Shown here: one piece after another, positions 1-8,356 of the stretch
Numbering within the stretch: position 1 is the stretch's first letter
Layout of the letters: each line of letters begins with the position of its first letter
Virus record (IMG/VR): IMGVR_UViG_3300026203_000001
Strand: one strand, 5' to 3'
Length of the DNA: 64,000 nucleotides
Source: an uncultured virus (IMG/VR IMGVR_UViG_3300026203_000001)
Taxonomy: Duplodnaviria; Heunggongvirae; Uroviricota; Caudoviricetes
The notes under the pieces: model-generated
Told to the model about the DNA's origin: nothing
Databases searched by the model: none
Seen by the model: only the letters and a program-made list of their open reading frames with translations
Program-made: the position numbers and the translations under genes

Positions 1-514
1 TAATATTAAAGGACATCCCACGAACAGCAGAAGCAGAAGTAGATGAAGCAAGGAGACGAGATCCGTTCTCCAATTCGACTGACCCCTTGTTCCAACCAAC
101 AATACCCTGCTGCATCCATTTAGGAAGGTTCTCATAAGATAACTGTAAGCGTCCCAACATTTCTCTAGCAGTCGGGGCTTTGTTTGCGAGGATTGCGACA
201 TTGACATTATCGTTGAATATTACATACCATAATAGATATGATGTTACAATGGTTGATTTACCAGACTGTCTAGGTAATTTAGCAATATTAAATCTATTCT
301 CGTGAAAACTTTTTACCATCTCCTCTTGGAAATCGTACATATCAAAAGGTATAACACCTTCATCAAGAGATACAATCCTAATATAATTACGAATAAAATA
401 TGCAGGATCTCTACTACATTTAACAAACTCTCTTACCTGTTCTGGTGAGAAGTTAGTTGCAACGTTTGCTTTCTTAAGATTAGGGTTGCCTAAGTATATC
501 TGGTTTTCTGCCAT
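1..514 (-). CDS. gp17: Terminase large subunit, N-terminal part (runs off the window's left edge)
   Basis: Manual translation from ATG at 514: MAENQIYLGNPNLKKAN...PFDMYDFQEEMV...IAKLPRQSGKSTIV (Walker A)...LANKAPTAREML...ELENGS, typical of T4-like gp17. Start overlaps the pcyA stop (TAATG). Confidence 0.95.
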   Translation of the reverse strand, partial: MAENQIYLGNPNLKKANVATNFSPEQVREFVKCSRDPAYFIRNYIRIVSLDEGVIPFDMYDFQEEMVKSFHENRFNIAKLPRQSGKSTIVTSYLLWYVIFNDNVNVAILANKAPTAREMLGRLQLSYENLPKWMQQGIVGWNKGSVELENGSRLLASSTSASAVRGMSFNI

Positions 515-1203
515 TAATCCTTACTCCAAGGTTTGTCAAATAAGACCGTGTTTATATATTTATCTGCCCAGAGGGGATCAAACCACTGTGATAATACTGC
601 TTTAGTTTTTTTGTTCTTTCTCTGAGATACACAATACCAACATTGATCATCCAATCTTTTCATTATAGGAATGAATGGTGAGTGTGGATCTCTCTTTGCG
701 TGCCTTACAGCGTCACAAAATACTATCAAATATTTTTGTACTACTGAATAAAAATCATCTCTCGCTTCTTGATCTTTTAATCTAGCAAATTTACAATGTT
801 GCGAGAAAACATCCTCTGCCCATATAGGTAAAGGTCTCTTGTCTTTAAATTTAAACTTCTCACTTATTACTGATAGTTTAGAATTGAGATCCACTCCGTG
901 TACAGGAGACACATCGACAATAGCAGCAGTAATAGTTGAAGGCGTTTGGATAATGTCACAACCAAAAATAGGTAAACGATATTCTGGATCTGGATAAAGA
1001 ACACAATGTATAATTTCTATTTTGTCTGTGTTTGCTCTTTCAATATGGAGTTTTCTAAGTCCTTTGCATTTCCACATCTCATTGCGTATAGTCACTTTTT
1101 CGTGTTCTATGACACTATGATCTGACTCAATAACTGTGAGGTCAGGCAAGTCACTAATATTCCTGCGGATAAGATCCGCTAACTCATCACAAAGATTTGT
1201 CAC
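514..1203 (-). CDS. pcyA: Phycocyanobilin:ferredoxin oxidoreductase (ferredoxin-dependent bilin reductase)
   Basis: Motifs GLRKLHIE, IIHCVLYPDPEYRLPIFGCD, AAIVDVSP, RPLPIWAEDVFS, QRKNKKT..VL..WF, VLFD. The Glu/His/Asp catalytic positions of PcyA are present. Confidence 0.88.
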   Translation of the reverse strand: MTNLCDELADLIRRNISDLPDLTVIESDHSVIEHEKVTIRNEMWKCKGLRKLHIERANTDKIEIIHCVLYPDPEYRLPIFGCDIIQTPSTITAAIVDVSPVHGVDLNSKLSVISEKFKFKDKRPLPIWAEDVFSQHCKFARLKDQEARDDFYSVVQKYLIVFCDAVRHAKRDPHSPFIPIMKRLDDQCWYCVSQRKNKKTKAVLSQWFDPLWADKYINTVLFDKPWSKD

Positions 1204-1205
1204 AA

Positions 1206-1667
1206 TTATTCTGCAAGTGTACCACGTGATCTACGAAGTTGTCGTAGTTCTTCAAAGTCTTTTTGTTTTGTACCTCCATCATAGGGCCAAGCATACCCTT
1301 CACCAATCATCTCTTCGTTGAGAGATACATTCCCATCACCAACATATAACCACCCAAGCAAACGACCATACTTACCAACCCCGCCTTTGAGTTCAGTTCG
1401 TATAGTAAGTTCAGACTCTCCATCAATAGCACTCTCCAATTTTTCTTTTAACCAGTTAGTAGCATCTATGCCCAATGCTTTTTCTTCTAAATCACGGGTG
1501 CGTTTCTCAGGAGTATCAACACCTGCAACACGAACTCGTTCTTTCTTGTATAGATCAAAACCTAGATCAATAGTAACATCAATAGTGTCACCATCAACTA
1601 CTCGGTTTATTTCCGTCACTCGGAAGTTGTAGCAACTCTTCCTGCTTGGTGGAACCATTGCTCCCAT
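1206..1667 (-). CDS. Thermonuclease (SNase-like) family endonuclease
   Basis: RVVDGDTIDV, RVRVAGVDTPE, GKYGRLLG and LNEEMIGEGYA motifs of the staphylococcal nuclease fold. Confidence 0.88.
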   Translation of the reverse strand: MGAMVPPSRKSCYNFRVTEINRVVDGDTIDVTIDLGFDLYKKERVRVAGVDTPEKRTRDLEEKALGIDATNWLKEKLESAIDGESELTIRTELKGGVGKYGRLLGWLYVGDGNVSLNEEMIGEGYAWPYDGGTKQKDFEELRQLRRSRGTLAE

Positions 1668-1767
1668 CGTTCATCTCCATAAATGCCATCCTTAGTATAT
1701 AGACGATATACCAAGTAACTATTACAACAAGTATTGCAATCATAATAACAACACCCCAGACAACCAT
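1594..1767 (-). CDS. Small membrane protein (57 aa), missing from the ORF track
   Basis: MVVWGVVIMIAILVVIVTWYIVYILRMAFMEMNDG...; ATG overlaps the upstream stop (TAATG); single hydrophobic helix. Confidence 0.6.
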   Translation of the reverse strand: MVVWGVVIMIAILVVIVTWYIVYILRMAFMEMNDGSNGSTKQEELLQLPSDGNKPSS

Positions 1768-2384
1768 TAGTTCTTATTGTGTACTATTGTATGGTTTCCA
1801 TACCACTGTCCGTGTAATGGAAAGTCTCCTGTTTTATTTACTTTCACATTAAATCCTATTGAATATTTTTGATCTCTTGAATAGTTCTGTGTAGTAGAAT
1901 GTTCCAACCAAGATGGAAATAATATCAAAGTATCAGGAAATGTTTCTACTGCCATCTCTTGATAAGTAGCAAAACAACTCATTCTTGCTTGTACAAGTGG
2001 ACTATGAAAATTAATTAACCCTTGTTCTGGACTTGTCTTATGATAATAACATCCTGACAAATCAAATCCTGGGTGCATATGTTGATTCTGATTAGCACCT
2101 GTTGGGTATATATTTAACCAAGACTCAGGTATATTCCAATTATCGTGACCGACATAGTTAATAACACACTCTGCAATATATGATTCTAAATTTGGCATTT
2201 CATATGCACGAAAAAAATCCCTCCAATGATCTTGCTTGGAAGGATCATCACCGAAGTGAAGAATTAATTGTTCTTTCTCTTGTACATCACTAATAACTTT
2301 TTCAAGTTCATCCCTTATCTCAGAGTCATCGTGTCTGAATCTTAGAACTGTGGATGGAAATAAATCAATAACGTCAGGTTGCAT
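1767..2384 (-). CDS. 2OG-Fe(II) oxygenase family protein (TIGR02466-like)
   Basis: SWLNIY...QHMHPG..LSGCYY...LILFPSWLEHST...KYSIGFN pattern. Confidence 0.85.
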   Translation of the reverse strand: MQPDVIDLFPSTVLRFRHDDSEIRDELEKVISDVQEKEQLILHFGDDPSKQDHWRDFFRAYEMPNLESYIAECVINYVGHDNWNIPESWLNIYPTGANQNQHMHPGFDLSGCYYHKTSPEQGLINFHSPLVQARMSCFATYQEMAVETFPDTLILFPSWLEHSTTQNYSRDQKYSIGFNVKVNKTGDFPLHGQWYGNHTIVHNKN

Positions 2385-2402
2385 AATAAAGTTTCTGTTA
2401 TA

Positions 2403-4490
2403 CTATGTAGAACAGTTCCACTTATCTAGTGCTAGTTTTTTACGGGTTGGTTTACCGTCTTTCATCATAGGTCCTTTAACTCCACCCATTCTTTTACAAA
2501 AATTATTTTGTCTTTTATCTGCCTTACTACCTTTCTTTGGATTACCTGTCACAGGTGCTTTGAGATCTGAACCAGGATTTTCTCTTTCATAAGACTTTCT
2601 TCCTTTCTCATTTAACCCACCACTAGGGTTCTTTCCTTCTTTACGTTGCCACGCAGATTCTTTAAAACTTTTTAAACCACTTTTAAGGTTACTTGCTTTA
2701 CCTGTTTTTACGTGACCATACTTAGCAAGATCTTTATGTAGGTCTCTATACTGTGCTTTACTATCACCAGATCTTTTGTTTGATTGATCCATTCTTTTGT
2801 TTTTACCTACAGTTTGGTATCCTTTACCAACACCTGCATATTTTTTTTGATAGAACTCTTCTTTTACCTTAATTTTTCTAGGGTATGCTGATTTATTTGA
2901 ATCATCTCTCATCGAGCGAGTATCATAATCTGCAACATAGTTAACTCTATCACTAACTTTTTTTCCTAGTTTTTTCTCTGCTCTTTTTATTCCTTTGTCT
3001 CTTGCTTTTGCATACTTACCCATCTTACCACTGTGAACATAATTTTTATCTACCTTTGCGTGGTAAAGATAGTTCGCAGTAGTTGTCTTACTTAATTCAT
3101 CAATCTGTTCTACTTCTTCTTTATATGACTGCACTCTAGTTTTACCAAGAATGTATTTTGGATCATTCTTCATTGCTTTCTGTGCATCTGCCTCATCATT
3201 TTTATTTACATTTATAATTGTCTTTCCACCTTTTTTAGTTTTAGTATGTGCTATATTACCCATTTCTTCTTTTACTTCTTTTTTCTTCTTAGTTTTCTTA
3301 GCAAACGCTGCCATAGGACCTGATGGTTTACCAGTTCCCTTGTAGATACCATAAGAAGTTCCTTCTGACTTCATACTTTTTATATGTTTTCTGATCTTGT
3401 CTGCTTGACTCTTATGTTTAGTTACAGCACTATCCAGTTCCTTTGCAACCGTTTTGAGTTCTTTCTCCTCTTTCTTCATCGATGCTTTTGCTGCCTTGAT
3501 TCTATCAAGAAATGCTTGTCCACCTTTCTCTTTCTTGATCTCATCATCAGTCCTTGCTCTACCCATACTATTATTCTTAGCGTATAACTTACTCTGCATA
3601 TCATTAGTGCTAGTAAGTCTACCTCTACCATAACTCTCTTTATACAAATCAATTAATTCATTTCTTGCTTCTCTTTTACTAGGTCTACGATACCTACCAA
3701 CTTCTGTAACTCTACCATCTTTACCATAGTGCCTTCCCTTTGTTCTATTGACGTGATCTGTCATTGCAGTATCTACCTCTTTAGTGCTTCTAGCATACTG
3801 AGTAGACTTATCTTTTAAATTAACTTTTTCTTCTACCTTTTTTGGACCGTATGTGATGCAAGGGTTTTTACCACAACCACAATTTTTCTTAGAATCTGGT
3901 TTTACTAACTCAACTTCTTCATTTTTCTTACCCACATCCATTATCGCACCTTTACCATACTTATCAGTTATTCTTTTCTTAACCATCTCAAGTGCTCTAA
4001 CACTATTCTTTTGCTGCCTTAACATACGTGCTTTTCTTTGAGCATCAGTCTCACTATTTTTTGTATGGTTAGCAGTGGTTGCATCAGATTTTTTAGGTGA
4101 ACTAGGATCACCACCTGCCATTGCGATACTATCTTTCCAATGATCATATCCTTCTTCTGGAATATAACCTTCTTTGTTTATTCCAAGTGCTGCTTTTAAT
4201 TTTTTACCTGCTGAATATGGATTTTCTTTTGCCTTTCTTTTTCTTGTTTCTGCTTTTATTGATGACATCTTCAAAGCATTAGAAATTTTAGCACGCTTAC
4301 TATTGTACTTTGGTTTACCTCTAAACGTTGAATCAATCGCACGAGCAACTCTCAATCTCTTACTAACTGTAGGATCACCATATTCTTTTATGATCTCTTC
4401 TTTAGTAACTTTAGATTTTTTCTTTTTATCCTCACTATGATCGCAACCACAGGATTCAGAATAGTTTTGAAATGATTGAAGATTAGTCAT
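2403..4490 (-). CDS. Lys-rich modular protein, probable internal head protein or polyprotein
   Basis: 695 aa, highly basic, segments separated by KEE/KES/KEG motifs. C-terminal AWQRKEGKNPSGGLNEKGRKSY...FCKRMGG...LDKWNC module familiar from phage proteins. Confidence 0.6.
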   Translation of the reverse strand: MTNLQSFQNYSESCGCDHSEDKKKKSKVTKEEIIKEYGDPTVSKRLRVARAIDSTFRGKPKYNSKRAKISNALKMSSIKAETRKRKAKENPYSAGKKLKAALGINKEGYIPEEGYDHWKDSIAMAGGDPSSPKKSDATTANHTKNSETDAQRKARMLRQQKNSVRALEMVKKRITDKYGKGAIMDVGKKNEEVELVKPDSKKNCGCGKNPCITYGPKKVEEKVNLKDKSTQYARSTKEVDTAMTDHVNRTKGRHYGKDGRVTEVGRYRRPSKREARNELIDLYKESYGRGRLTSTNDMQSKLYAKNNSMGRARTDDEIKKEKGGQAFLDRIKAAKASMKKEEKELKTVAKELDSAVTKHKSQADKIRKHIKSMKSEGTSYGIYKGTGKPSGPMAAFAKKTKKKKEVKEEMGNIAHTKTKKGGKTIINVNKNDEADAQKAMKNDPKYILGKTRVQSYKEEVEQIDELSKTTTANYLYHAKVDKNYVHSGKMGKYAKARDKGIKRAEKKLGKKVSDRVNYVADYDTRSMRDDSNKSAYPRKIKVKEEFYQKKYAGVGKGYQTVGKNKRMDQSNKRSGDSKAQYRDLHKDLAKYGHVKTGKASNLKSGLKSFKESAWQRKEGKNPSGGLNEKGRKSYERENPGSDLKAPVTGNPKKGSKADKRQNNFCKRMGGVKGPMMKDGKPTRKKLALDKWNCST

Positions 4491-4633
4491 TACGCTACTT
4501 TATTATTAGATGGGTTTCTAGGACAATTTTTTTCGTGTTTTTCAATCCACGTCTTAGGTCTCCAATGTCCTTGAGGAGATTTTAATCCACAATATGAACA
4601 TACCCACTGACCATTAATATCTTGTATCGCCAC
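4490..4633 (-). CDS. Small C2HC zinc-finger-like protein (47 aa, GTG start), missing from the ORF track
   Basis: MAIQDINGQWVCSYCGLKSPQGHWRPKTWIEKHEKNCPRNP...; GGAGG lies 7 nt upstream of GTG; stop overlaps the next ATG. Confidence 0.65.
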   Translation of the reverse strand: MAIQDINGQWVCSYCGLKSPQGHWRPKTWIEKHEKNCPRNPSNNKVA

Positions 4634-4636
4634 GGA

Positions 4637-5188
4637 TCAACCTCCAACAACTTGTACTTGTTCTACAACTACGTCCGCAGAACCTGCTGTTAACTTAACG
4701 GTTCTTTGTAACATAGGAACGGTGTTGGCAATTACATCAGCATCACTAATTGAATATGCAGAACCTGCACCTGACGCATCAATGTCTGTAGTAATTGTTA
4801 TGTCAGTAACTGCTGTTACTTTCTTACCTGCTGATGCAGCAGATTCAAAGTTTGATCCAAAACCATCTGTGTCACCACCATCTATAGTCTGAACAAAATC
4901 TCCTACAGCAAAACTGTGACGACCACCTGCTCCTGTACCGTGTCCACCACCTGCAACAGTAAATACTGAACCGTTAGCATTAGTTGCACCAGTAATACTA
5001 ATATTTTTTGATTTACCTACTGAAAGCAAGACTGCTTCCCCTGCTGCAAGTGTAATAGCAGGACCGCTATCGAACTTTATGGTTGATGCAGATGCAGCAT
5101 ATGCACGTACAACTCCACTTTTAACGACGATGTAAGCAGTACCTGAACCACTCACTGTCGTAGTATCTAAGACATTTAATACAGACAT
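4637..5188 (-). CDS. Putative virion structural protein
   Basis: 183 aa, G/S/T/A/V-rich beta-type composition; preceded by late-promoter-like GATAAATA (5217-5224). Confidence 0.55.
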   Translation of the reverse strand: MSVLNVLDTTTVSGSGTAYIVVKSGVVRAYAASASTIKFDSGPAITLAAGEAVLLSVGKSKNISITGATNANGSVFTVAGGGHGTGAGGRHSFAVGDFVQTIDGGDTDGFGSNFESAASAGKKVTAVTDITITTDIDASGAGSAYSISDADVIANTVPMLQRTVKLTAGSADVVVEQVQVVGG

Positions 5189-5215
5189 CGACTTTTTGAC
5201 ACAAGATTGTTTTTA

Positions 5216-5677
5216 CTATTTATCCTCTTTCTGTTTCTGTTTGAGGAATTTCGCAAGATCAGCAGTGCTACCAACAAACATTGTGTTGTTAGTAACGTTA
5301 CCTGTTACAGCACCTTTTGGACCTTCTTCTAATTCTTGCATTTTTTTCTGAAGGTCAATTAGTTTATCCGTGGCATCTGCCACGTTCTTAATAAGATTAC
5401 CTGCTACCTCATAGGCACGTGGTGAATCTGTTTGTTGTGATAGTTCTAGGATTCCGTCTACCGCTTCCTGTCCCTTGTCAATTAACGAATACAAATTGCC
5501 ACGAGTATATTCGTAGTCTTTTTTAATTGCTTCGTTTTGTTTTACAGGTGTATCTTCTACTCTCTGTAATGTAGGTTTCTCATCTTTAACGATGGATGTC
5601 TCTACATCAAGAGCGTCTTCAATACCGTCGAATTTACTCGTCGTTTCCTGTGACTGGGTTTCTTGATTTTCCATCAT
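5216..5677 (-). CDS. gp16: Terminase small subunit (start probably 5677 or 5674 rather than 5716)
   Basis: DYEYTRGNLYSLIDKGQEAVDGILEL...SPRAYEVAGNLIKNVAD...NNTMFVGSTADL; position downstream of gp15. Confidence 0.9.
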   Translation of the reverse strand: MMENQETQSQETTSKFDGIEDALDVETSIVKDEKPTLQRVEDTPVKQNEAIKKDYEYTRGNLYSLIDKGQEAVDGILELSQQTDSPRAYEVAGNLIKNVADATDKLIDLQKKMQELEEGPKGAVTGNVTNNTMFVGSTADLAKFLKQKQKEDK

Positions 5678-6431
5678 TGAATTCACTGAATAGTTCATTA
5701 AAACCAAAATCATCATCTGGATCAGAAGTGATTGGGTCTGGTTCGACCGTGTATCTCATTTCACGAGGTGCACTTGTTTTGCTATCAGGAGCAGTATCGA
5801 CGATTGCCTTACGTATAAGATCTTTCTCACCGTCGAGAACAGGACCGTAGATATAAGTTTTGCAAGTGAAAGTTATTGTATATATGAGAGTTCTTCTTGT
5901 TGTATAGTCACCTTCATAATCATCATCATAAGATATTGTATTTAAAACTACTGGAAAATCTTTTTTCTCCTGTAACTGATCGTTCAGTTGTACAGAGATA
6001 TTAAATGTGGGTTGGAAGTATGGAAGTATTTGTTCTAAGATTTGTAAACCGTCATCTTGATTCTTTGAAAGAATTGCTAACTCAAAGTCAACGTTGTACG
6101 GTACTGGCATAAACGCTTTTTGTAGGTCAGTTCCAACAGCAGTCCTAACTCTCTGTGTTGGGGAGACCTTTCTTGTTGCGTCGTAATTGAAACCAGAAAT
6201 CTCAAACGAAATCCTAGGAAGCGTAATTTGAGTCGCATCTTTCCTAGTTAAATCTCCTACTTGTTGGAGTCTTGCTAAAAACTTTTGTTTAGGTCCATAT
6301 GCCAATGGCACCTTCATATACTCATATTCCGTAGCATTTTTTTTCCTACGAATTTCTATGTTATTAAACAATGTACCGAAGGCAATAACTGACTTTCGGA
6401 ATACTTCATTGTATGTATATGTACCTAACAT
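5634..6431 (-). CDS. gp15: Tail sheath stabiliser / tail terminator
   Basis: FGTLFNNIEI, KVPLAYGPKQKF, TLPRISFE, PVPYN, LQILEQILPYFQP motifs. Confidence 0.93.
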   Translation of the reverse strand: MLGTYTYNEVFRKSVIAFGTLFNNIEIRRKKNATEYEYMKVPLAYGPKQKFLARLQQVGDLTRKDATQITLPRISFEISGFNYDATRKVSPTQRVRTAVGTDLQKAFMPVPYNVDFELAILSKNQDDGLQILEQILPYFQPTFNISVQLNDQLQEKKDFPVVLNTISYDDDYEGDYTTRRTLIYTITFTCKTYIYGPVLDGEKDLIRKAIVDTAPDSKTSAPREMRYTVEPDPITSDPDDDFGFNELFSEFNDGKSRNPVTGNDE

Positions 6432-7297
6432 TAACTAGCACCTCCAATATCACCAAATGGGTTCCCTTCTGAGAAGTCAATGATTCCATCAGCAAGGGTC
6501 TCAAACGAATCATTTGAATCGTATTCGCTTGATGTATTATTTAGTGTATTATATGATGCAGTTGTCCAAGCAGCACTTGATGACTGCCCTGTTATAGTCT
6601 CTGGAATTGTAAATATTCCAGTTCTATTAAAGACTTGTAATTGTCTATTAGTAGAATCCCAAGACTTAACCTCTGCTGTAATATTAGAGGTTCCACCTGC
6701 CACCACTTCACCGACTGTAAAGTCTCCAGTGCCACCTGTGGCAAAGTTGATAGTGATGGATACTGAGAAGTCCTGTTCGATTTGATCGATTGCAGTAACT
6801 CCTGTATCGAACTGCTCGTCGCTGAACTCGAAGAGTTCACACTTGAGACCCCATACGTGGATCTTACCTAACTGGTAGAAAGGTTGTTCGTGCTCAACGA
6901 ACATAATTTTAAATATTTTATTTGCCATAGGGAAGTAAACCAAGTCTCCTTCGTTAGGTCTTCCTTCCACAATCAGTTGTGCATTGTCATCAACTGCTTC
7001 TGTAAATCTTTTTCTTGATATTATAAATGTAACTTGATCAGAAATCCTTACACCAAACTTAGTAAAGAGATCACCATCACCAGTAAATCCAGTTGGATCT
7101 TCAATGTATGCTTCTATCTCATAAGCATCATCAAATTTAGACAAAGCATCTTCAGTAAATGTTGTATCTTCATTTACTAAAGTTCTAGGCAAATAGAAGA
7201 CATTCTTTCCAAACATCTTTATCTGTTCTATAACAAGATTCTCTATAAGATCTTGTTCGCCAGTTGTGCCTTGTGTAAAGTAGGAGTTAGTTGCCAT
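6431..7297 (-). CDS. gp14: Neck protein
   Basis: EQDLIENLVIEQIKMFG..VFYLPR, RPNEGDLVYFP, EHEQPFYQLGK, DFSEGNPFG. Confidence 0.93.
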   Translation of the reverse strand: MATNSYFTQGTTGEQDLIENLVIEQIKMFGKNVFYLPRTLVNEDTTFTEDALSKFDDAYEIEAYIEDPTGFTGDGDLFTKFGVRISDQVTFIISRKRFTEAVDDNAQLIVEGRPNEGDLVYFPMANKIFKIMFVEHEQPFYQLGKIHVWGLKCELFEFSDEQFDTGVTAIDQIEQDFSVSITINFATGGTGDFTVGEVVAGGTSNITAEVKSWDSTNRQLQVFNRTGIFTIPETITGQSSSAAWTTASYNTLNNTSSEYDSNDSFETLADGIIDFSEGNPFGDIGGAS

Positions 7298-8091
7298 TAT
7301 CCAATCATATCCATTGGTGGAGTTTCGTATGTAGTACGAAGTTGTTCGTCTAACTGTTGAAGTTCCTCTACAGCATCGCTATAAATTTTTTCACCATTTA
7401 GAGTAACACCACCAGGGAGTTGAACGTTTTGGAACTTAGTTAAATTTGTTCCCCAATATTTCTTAATCATCGCAGTAGCATAATCCTTAACCCACATCTC
7501 ATTATAGATTTTTGTAAAGTTAACTGGATCTAATGCACGAACACAATCAATAACAATATACTCACCCTCACGAACATCAGTGTTAGTATCAAAGTCGATA
7601 TATAAACGACCAGATGTATGAGTAAATCTTGTAGGTTTCATTCCTTCCAATAAGAAATTAATTGTCTCAAGATGTGTCTGAATCATATAATAATGATAAA
7701 ACTGTGTTGATGTAAAATCAAACAGATCATTCAATCTTAACTGATAACGAATGTCAAACATATTTGCAGTACCTTTGTCTTGGAAAGTAAAGATACCATT
7801 AACAGACGTTATAAAATCAGGTAAGGTTAAAAAATTATTTTGCGTCTTAAATTCTGTACTACCTACAGTCTCTGTAGTATCTGCTTGAAAAGCATCTACT
7901 TCAGATTGAGTCATTTGATGCTTTAGGTAAACTTTTTCTGAACCACCGTAATGATAAATATGAAACTTCTCGATAGTATAATCGATAGCATCATCTATTT
8001 GATCATCAGAAACGTTGACTTCTAATACAGGTTTACCTAATCTGCGAAGTGCGTATTCTTTTAGTGTTGCTTTAGAGGTTGGGGTTGCCAT
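7297..8091 (-). CDS. gp13: Neck protein
   Basis: LKEYALRRLGKPVLEVNV, WVKDYATAMIK..WGTNLTKF..VQLPGGVTLNG. Confidence 0.93.
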   Translation of the reverse strand: MATPTSKATLKEYALRRLGKPVLEVNVSDDQIDDAIDYTIEKFHIYHYGGSEKVYLKHQMTQSEVDAFQADTTETVGSTEFKTQNNFLTLPDFITSVNGIFTFQDKGTANMFDIRYQLRLNDLFDFTSTQFYHYYMIQTHLETINFLLEGMKPTRFTHTSGRLYIDFDTNTDVREGEYIVIDCVRALDPVNFTKIYNEMWVKDYATAMIKKYWGTNLTKFQNVQLPGGVTLNGEKIYSDAVEELQQLDEQLRTTYETPPMDMIG

Positions 8092-8092
8092 A

Positions 8093-8356
8093 TTAGTTTT
8101 TTTGTAACTTAACCATTACAGTCTCCTTTTGCATAGGAGCGACATCATTCAATCCATTAGCATCGAACCAAGGAGCATTCTCCCAGTCAAATCCTTCACC
8201 GAATGTATTATCAGGTGCCATAACATACCAATGACATTTAGCGTCAGGTATATCCACAGCACAGACCGCCCAATCATCTGCCCACTGGGGCACTTGCACA
8301 TACATCACTGGTAGGTGATTGGCAAATAAAGAAATAATAAAGGAGAATAAAATCAT
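8093..8356 (-). CDS. Hypothetical protein with hydrophobic N-terminus, Trp/Cys-containing
   Basis: 87-aa ORF overlapping the fibre stop (ATGA) and abutting gp13. Confidence 0.6.
   Translation of the reverse strand: MILFSFIISLFANHLPVMYVQVPQWADDWAVCAVDIPDAKCHWYVMAPDNTFGEGFDWENAPWFDANGLNDVAPMQKETVMVKLQKN

Noticed and set aside
514..1203. Alternative call as pebS or pebA/B
   Set aside because: The HIE, IHCVLYP and FGCD motifs fit PcyA better; an HMM comparison would settle it.
5678..5716. Extended N-terminus of gp16 from the ORF track
   Set aside because: It overlaps conserved gp15 C-terminal coding sequence; the ATGs at 5677 and 5674 are more plausible starts.
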